Positions 59,175 to 64,000 of a stretch of 64,000 nt of DNA are shown in pieces. The position numbers and the translations under genes were made by a program. The notes under the pieces were generated by a model. It was not told where the DNA came from. It searched no databases and was given only the letters and a program-made list of their open reading frames with translations. Source of the stretch: Kiritimatiellia bacterium (lineage in GTDB: Bacteria > Verrucomicrobiota > Kiritimatiellia > JAAZAB01). Numbering within the stretch: position 1 is the first letter of the stretch; each line of letters begins with the position of its first letter. The stretch lies in the NCBI GenBank assembly GCA_040767085.1, contig JAXGPF010000011.1, positions 1 to 64,000 of the forward strand. Reading direction: 5' to 3'.

Positions 59175-60343
59175 CGGCGGTGCGCCACCGTGCCGGCGAC
59201 GATGGTGTAAAGGATTTCCAGGTTCCCATCGAGAATCAGCACATCGCCGTCGCGGCCGGGCGCCAGGACACCTTTGTTCAGACCCAGCAATTCCGCCGGG
59301 TTGGCGGAACAGACCCGGCTGGCCTGGGCCATGGTTTTGCCAAACAGCCGGATGGCATTGCGGAAGCCGTCAATCGGCGTGAGCGCGCTGCCGCAGAGCG
59401 CGTTATCGCGTTCGGGATTGCCGGGTTCGATCAACCGCACCCCGTTGTTCGCGCCGGCAATGCGCACCCGGCCCCAGCGGCGCGGCAATTCGTATTCGCC
59501 CGGGGGCAGTCCGGCGCCATTATTGCTGTCGGTGACGAAAACCAGGCGGTTGTCCGGCTTGCAGCGGAAGGTTTTTTCCACGAGCAGGGGGTGCACGTGC
59601 GTACCGTCGGGAATGATCTCGCAAACCAACCGGTCTTCCGTCAGCAGATAATCGGTCAAGGCGGCCGGATACACGCCGAGCTCGCCGAAAACCGGCAGCA
59701 GGAAGGTGTCGAAGAGGTGGGTCACCAGGCGCGCTCCGGCCGCCACGGCCGCCCGCGCCTGCTCGATCGTCGCGGCGGTGTGCGCCAGGCTGCAGACAAT
59801 GCCGGCCCGGCTGAGCCGGCGGATCAGAGCGGGCGCATGTTCAATTTCCGGGGAAATGTCCCAGATTTTCAGGTGCCCGCCGGCCGCCTGCAGCAAATGT
59901 TCCGTCGTCGCGTCGGCAATCGGCGCGATATCCCGGGTCAGACCGCCGCCCGTCTGCGCCAGGTAAGGCGATTCGAGCCGGAAGCCGACAACTTGCGGCG
60001 CCTGGCGCAATTCATCCGATTCGCGGCGGTGCCGCCGCATCAAGAGGGCGGAATGTTCCGGCGGACCGAAAAAAGTCGGCAAAAAAGCCGTGGCGCCGCA
60101 CCGGGCCTCCTCCGCGGCGAAGGCCTCCAGCGCGGTTTCGGTGGAATCGCGGCCGATGCCGTGGGTATGGAGGTCGATCAATCCCGGCAACACGTAACCG
60201 CCGGCCGCGTCTATCTCCGGCGCGGCGCGATGCAAGCGCGCGTCGATCGCGGCTATCCGGCCGTTTTCTATCGAAACTTCCGCCGCCTCCAGGCGGCCGT
60301 CCGGAAAAAGCACTTTCCCGTTGCGAATCCATAGTGATTGCAT
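59171..60343 (-). CDS. N-acetylglucosamine-6-phosphate deacetylase-like amidohydrolase
   Basis: PGLIDLHTHG, LESPY, SPE, AHT, THLFD, DGTHV, VTDS, LCGS, NPA. Confidence 0.8.
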   Translation of the reverse strand: MQSLWIRNGKVLFPDGRLEAAEVSIENGRIAAIDARLHRAAPEIDAAGGYVLPGLIDLHTHGIGRDSTETALEAFAAEEARCGATAFLPTFFGPPEHSALLMRRHRRESDELRQAPQVVGFRLESPYLAQTGGGLTRDIAPIADATTEHLLQAAGGHLKIWDISPEIEHAPALIRRLSRAGIVCSLAHTAATIEQARAAVAAGARLVTHLFDTFLLPVFGELGVYPAALTDYLLTEDRLVCEIIPDGTHVHPLLVEKTFRCKPDNRLVFVTDSNNGAGLPPGEYELPRRWGRVRIAGANNGVRLIEPGNPERDNALCGSALTPIDGFRNAIRLFGKTMAQASRVCSANPAELLGLNKGVLAPGRDGDVLILDGNLEILYTIVAGTVAHRR

Positions 60344-60430
60344 AACGCAAATATTCTCACACGAAACCGCGAAGACACCAAGAAAAAACCACCGGGCAAC
60401 AATATGTTTCCATTCAAATCTGCAAATCCA

Positions 60431-61279
60431 TTATCCCTTTGCGGCTGGGCGAGTTATCCTCCTTCTTACGCCTTCCCGCCGCGGCCGGTCCGGCCGGACC
60501 GGCCGGTCCGGCGCCGGGGCAGTGGCGGCCAGCAGTTGATCGCAGTACTGGGTCAAGGCTATCACATCCGCGCCGATATTGATGAACTGATAACCCATGC
60601 CGGCCAATTTCTGGAAATTGGCCGGATGGCCCACCGTGCCGGCGAATTTTCCGCCGGCGCGCGCCGCCGCCGCCACCCGCCGCTGGGCTTCCAGCAGGCG
60701 CGGATGGTTGAAATCGCCCGGCGCGCCGATCCCCTGGCTGAAATCGCCCGGGCCGAAAAACAGCATGTCAATCCCCGGCACACCGGCAATGGCTTCCAAC
60801 TCGTCCATGGGCTCGGGATCTTCGATTTGCACGACGATGAACCGCTGTTCATTGGCCTGGCGGATGTATTCCGTGAACGGAATGCGGCAATAGGCGCCGT
60901 CGGCATTGCCGCCGTCGGCCGGCCGGCGCCCGACGGGATGAAAGCGCGTGATCCGCGCCACCTGGCGGGCATCGGCCAGGCTCATGATATGCGGCACCAT
61001 GATCCCGGCGGCATCCAATTCCAGCGGCCGGATGTAATCGCTGTAGCCGCCGCGCGCCACCCGCACCATCACGTCCATGTCATACCCGCGCGCCGCCCAG
61101 ACGCCGGCCTCGATCGCCGACCAGTCGTTGGGCACGTGTTCCATGTCAACCCACAGGCAATCGAATCCCGATTGCGCCACAATTTCCGCCACCCGGGCAT
61201 CGGCCAGGTTGGACTTGAAACAACGCACCTGTTCTCCCGCCCGCAATTTCCGCAATACCCGGCTGGGCCGCATCTGCAT
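60431..61279 (-). CDS. HpcH/HpaI class II pyruvate aldolase
   Basis: GFDCLWVDMEH, GIMVPH, VQIED, FFGPGDFS. Confidence 0.92.
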   Translation of the reverse strand: MQMRPSRVLRKLRAGEQVRCFKSNLADARVAEIVAQSGFDCLWVDMEHVPNDWSAIEAGVWAARGYDMDVMVRVARGGYSDYIRPLELDAAGIMVPHIMSLADARQVARITRFHPVGRRPADGGNADGAYCRIPFTEYIRQANEQRFIVVQIEDPEPMDELEAIAGVPGIDMLFFGPGDFSQGIGAPGDFNHPRLLEAQRRVAAAARAGGKFAGTVGHPANFQKLAGMGYQFINIGADVIALTQYCDQLLAATAPAPDRPVRPDRPRREGVRRRITRPAAKG

Positions 61280-61421
61280 GTTAACCTCCATTCTGGCTTA
61301 TGTTTCAGGATTCGGTGTTCCGGCGTAAAACCTTAAAACCGTAAACTTAAAACTTCCAATTCCTTATAGCAATTCCTTGCGTTCCTTCGCGGTAAATTAA
61401 TTCCGCTTCTACCCGCCGGTT

Positions 61422-63593
61422 TTAAACCGGCAATACCAACTCGCCGCTCCCGGCGCCCTCCACCCGTAACCGGCGGACCGCCGCCGCATCGCCGCTGGCG
61501 GCTTTGGCGCGGCGGAATTTCTCCGGCAGATAGACGAACAGGTGTCCGGGCCGCCGCACGCGGAGTCCGCGGCAGACCATGGCCTGCCGCCGCGGATCGT
61601 ATTCCACGGCCTCGAATTCCACCCCGCCCTGGGTAATGTGCCAGTCCGTTCCCACCAGTTGGGGCACATCCCGGACCGCCCGGACACCGATGACGCGGCA
61701 ATGCCCCGCCGGCAGGCCGGACACCCGGTACCCGCCGGAATGGATGCCCAGGTAGGCGCCGGCCCAGAAGTCAAACAGGTGGTAATCCCGGACGGCGTCC
61801 AGGCCGAATGCGGCGAAATCAATAATATAATCGCGCGGCCGCGCCAGGGGATGGGCGTTAATCACTCCCGCTACCCGCCAGGACTCGCCGGCATTCGCCA
61901 CGGGCAAATCCAGCAGCGCCGGATATTCCTGCTCGAAAAAATCCACCGTGCGCGCACCCGCGGAATACGGCGGCAATACCTTGCTCAATATTTCCACCTG
62001 CGCCGGCGGCAGCCCCGGCAGACGATCGCCCAGGATCGCCAGGCCGTTGGTCAATCCCACCAGGGAAGCCCAGGTGACGGCCTCCGCCGGACTGAGTTCG
62101 GAACGGTCGCCGGCCGGACGCACCGACAGGTAATCCGGGTCATTCGCCCACCAGCGCCGGTGAAGGAAGGCGAAATTCATGGCGGAATTCACGCCGCGCC
62201 GGATGTAGCCCGGCCCGGGATAGCGGTCGCGCTCGCCGTGATGCTTGTCAATCCGCTTGACATCCCACCGCGCGCCGATATCGCCGCCGATGCGCATGGC
62301 GTCGCTCAGACCGGTGAAAGCCCCGAAGAGGCAGGCATTCAGCAGATAGACCTCATCGCCCAGGCCGGCGCGGAAAGCTTCCATCCCCAGGCGCATGGCC
62401 TGGATTTTCGTCACGCCCGGGTCCGCCAGCACCCCGGCGGCGGACATTGGCTGCACATTGGCCCCGTCCAGCTTGACGTATTCAAAGCCGTACTCCCGGA
62501 CAGATGCGCCCAACTGCCACACCCACTCCCGCGCCGCCGGGATGCTGCAATCCAGGATGAACACCTGCTTGACCGCGTAACCGCTGACCGCCACCGGCCG
62601 GTTGTCGCGGTCCCGGATGACCCAGTCCGGGTGTTCCCGGTAAAGGCGGCTGGACTCGGCCGCCAGAAACGGGCAGAGCCAGAGCCCCGGCTTGAATCCC
62701 AGTTTTTTGATTTCACCGGCCAGCCAGCGCAAGCCGTGCGGAAACTTTTCGTTGGTTTCCAGCCAATCGCCTTCGCACTGCTGGAACCCGTGGTCAAGTT
62801 GGATGTATTCCACCGGAATCTGCTCGCGGTGCGCCGCCAGCCAGCGCGTGTTTTCCAGCACATCGTCCTCGGTAATTTTGGCGAGGTAATAATCCCACGA
62901 ACCCCAGCCGGCGGCCACGCACGTTGTCCGGCGCGGCGCGATTTGCTGATTCTGCGCCACGAGGCCGGTGTATTCTTCCAGGGCGCACGCCGGGGTATCG
63001 GCCACGTTGACATACAGCGGCACGGTTTCCACTTCCGCGCCCGGCGCCAGCGGCAGCCGGTCAAACCCGCAGGCGGCGCGCAGGTAATCCAGGCTGTAAA
63101 CCGCCTCGTCGAAATGCAGCCGGAACACGCCATGCTGCCGGCCGAACCGCAGGAACCCCAGTGTCAGGTATTTCCGGTTCCGGCGGTCGCCCGCCACCAT
63201 GTAATCGGCCATGTAAAAATCATTTTTGATCGCGTCGACACGCCAGACGCCCAGGTCATAAACTCCGCACCCATCAGTTACAGTATCGGCCATGCCGAAT
63301 ACCGTCCAGGCTGCCGGCATGCTGCCGAATTCCAGCCGCCCGCCCCATTCCGCGTCGATGGAGAGCGGCACGATTTCACGCAGCGTCAGCGGCCGGCCGC
63401 TGACATTCCGCACCGCCGCGCGGATCAGCCAACAGCCAGGACGCACCTGCTCCACCCGGGATGCCACTTCCACCGGCGCGCCGGGCGCGCCGGCCCCCAC
63501 CCGCGTGATTACTCCATCGGCATCCTGCACCACGGCTTCCGCCGCCGCGCGTTGAATGATATCCGTCGCCAGTTCCAGGTGCTTGATTTTCAT
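61422..63593 (-). CDS. GH36-family alpha-galactosidase-like hydrolase
   Basis: GWGSWDYY, IQLDHGFQ...GDW..KFPHGL, PGLWLCPF, YVKLD, MRIGGD, NDPD. Confidence 0.88.
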   Translation of the reverse strand: MKIKHLELATDIIQRAAAEAVVQDADGVITRVGAGAPGAPVEVASRVEQVRPGCWLIRAAVRNVSGRPLTLREIVPLSIDAEWGGRLEFGSMPAAWTVFGMADTVTDGCGVYDLGVWRVDAIKNDFYMADYMVAGDRRNRKYLTLGFLRFGRQHGVFRLHFDEAVYSLDYLRAACGFDRLPLAPGAEVETVPLYVNVADTPACALEEYTGLVAQNQQIAPRRTTCVAAGWGSWDYYLAKITEDDVLENTRWLAAHREQIPVEYIQLDHGFQQCEGDWLETNEKFPHGLRWLAGEIKKLGFKPGLWLCPFLAAESSRLYREHPDWVIRDRDNRPVAVSGYAVKQVFILDCSIPAAREWVWQLGASVREYGFEYVKLDGANVQPMSAAGVLADPGVTKIQAMRLGMEAFRAGLGDEVYLLNACLFGAFTGLSDAMRIGGDIGARWDVKRIDKHHGERDRYPGPGYIRRGVNSAMNFAFLHRRWWANDPDYLSVRPAGDRSELSPAEAVTWASLVGLTNGLAILGDRLPGLPPAQVEILSKVLPPYSAGARTVDFFEQEYPALLDLPVANAGESWRVAGVINAHPLARPRDYIIDFAAFGLDAVRDYHLFDFWAGAYLGIHSGGYRVSGLPAGHCRVIGVRAVRDVPQLVGTDWHITQGGVEFEAVEYDPRRQAMVCRGLRVRRPGHLFVYLPEKFRRAKAASGDAAAVRRLRVEGAGSGELVLPV

Positions 63594-63641
63594 ATTTAAA
63601 ATTTAGCGGCTTCCAATGAAATTATAACCTATTGGGCGTTG

Positions 63642-63670
63642 ATTATAGCAGGCTGCGCCGGCAATGCGAA
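63642..63670 (-). promoter_or_regulatory. Sigma70-like promoter upstream of the GH36 gene
   Basis: TTCGCA-N17-TATAAT with extended -10 TGnTATAAT. Confidence 0.55.
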
Positions 63671-63796
63671 TTGATTTTTCCGGCGCCTTCCAGTGGCGTG
63701 CAATTTCCGACAATTTCGGCCAGGTTAAACCATCCTGGCCGAAATTGGGCCACCGCGTTGTGAATTCCGCTCCCCGAGCCTGTCGAGGGGTTCGAA

Positions 63797-63953
63797 AAGA
63801 CAAGGCAAGTTTGGGGTGGATGCGTGGTCGCAGGGTCCGCGCAGCGGACAGACGCCCCAAAGAACGCCTGTGCGGCTCGCACTGGCCGCCGTCCTTTTCG
63901 AACGGAATTCGCTACGCATCCCTGCTGCCGCACTACCCCAACTAATTTGTCTT
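63797..63953. repeat. Imperfect long inverted repeat (MITE/REP-like or structured RNA)
   Basis: AAGACAA..GTTTGGGGTGGATGCG...GCAGGG pairs imperfectly with CCCTGC..CGCACTACCCCAAC..TTGTCTT. Confidence 0.4.
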
Positions 63954-64000
63954 ACACCCCCAGCGACGTGCAGGCATGCCGGGATTGCGCCTCATGGCAT

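Overview
GC-rich bacterial chromosomal segment. Gene content and intergenic repeat style suggest a PVC-superphylum anaerobe such as Kiritimatiellota or Lentisphaerota; this is inference only, since no rRNA or marker gene is present. Six blocks: (1) 1-14.6 kb: AraC regulator, then a minus-strand glycan cluster with a GH106-like hydrolase, two paralogous giant secreted proteins (C-terminal CBM9-like or malectin module) and a beta-helix protein. (2) 14.7-21.7 kb: repeat-rich intergenic DNA, a 4-TM + winged-helix protein followed directly by eight helically phased CGTTTC repeats, and an AddB/AddA-like nuclease-helicase pair. (3) 21.8-35.9 kb: family 1 encapsulin with ferritin-like cargo, ferredoxin, CBM48 protein, superoxide reductase, a Cys-rich secreted protein and a DHODH-like gene, then divergently a thioredoxin-like gene, aceE-aceF-lpdA, a YyaL-like gene and a VOC gene. 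(4) 36-40.6 kb: Fic and ISNCY remnants, a beta-helix gene split at a G8 tract, and an ISL3 insertion whose sequence looks blended with the empty-site allele (probable assembly artefact). (5) 40.4-53.9 kb: GntR/LacI-type regulator with a duplicated [sialidase-like + GH2-like] pair and a GH20-N-domain protein. (6) 54-64 kb: tRNA-Ala(CGC) with a duplicated 3' end, an unannotated 44-aa basic ORF, and a GH36 / aldolase / NagA-like / AraC / DegT / two-amidohydrolase cluster. No CRISPR array or rRNA was found. All family assignments come from motif recognition by eye, not database searches.
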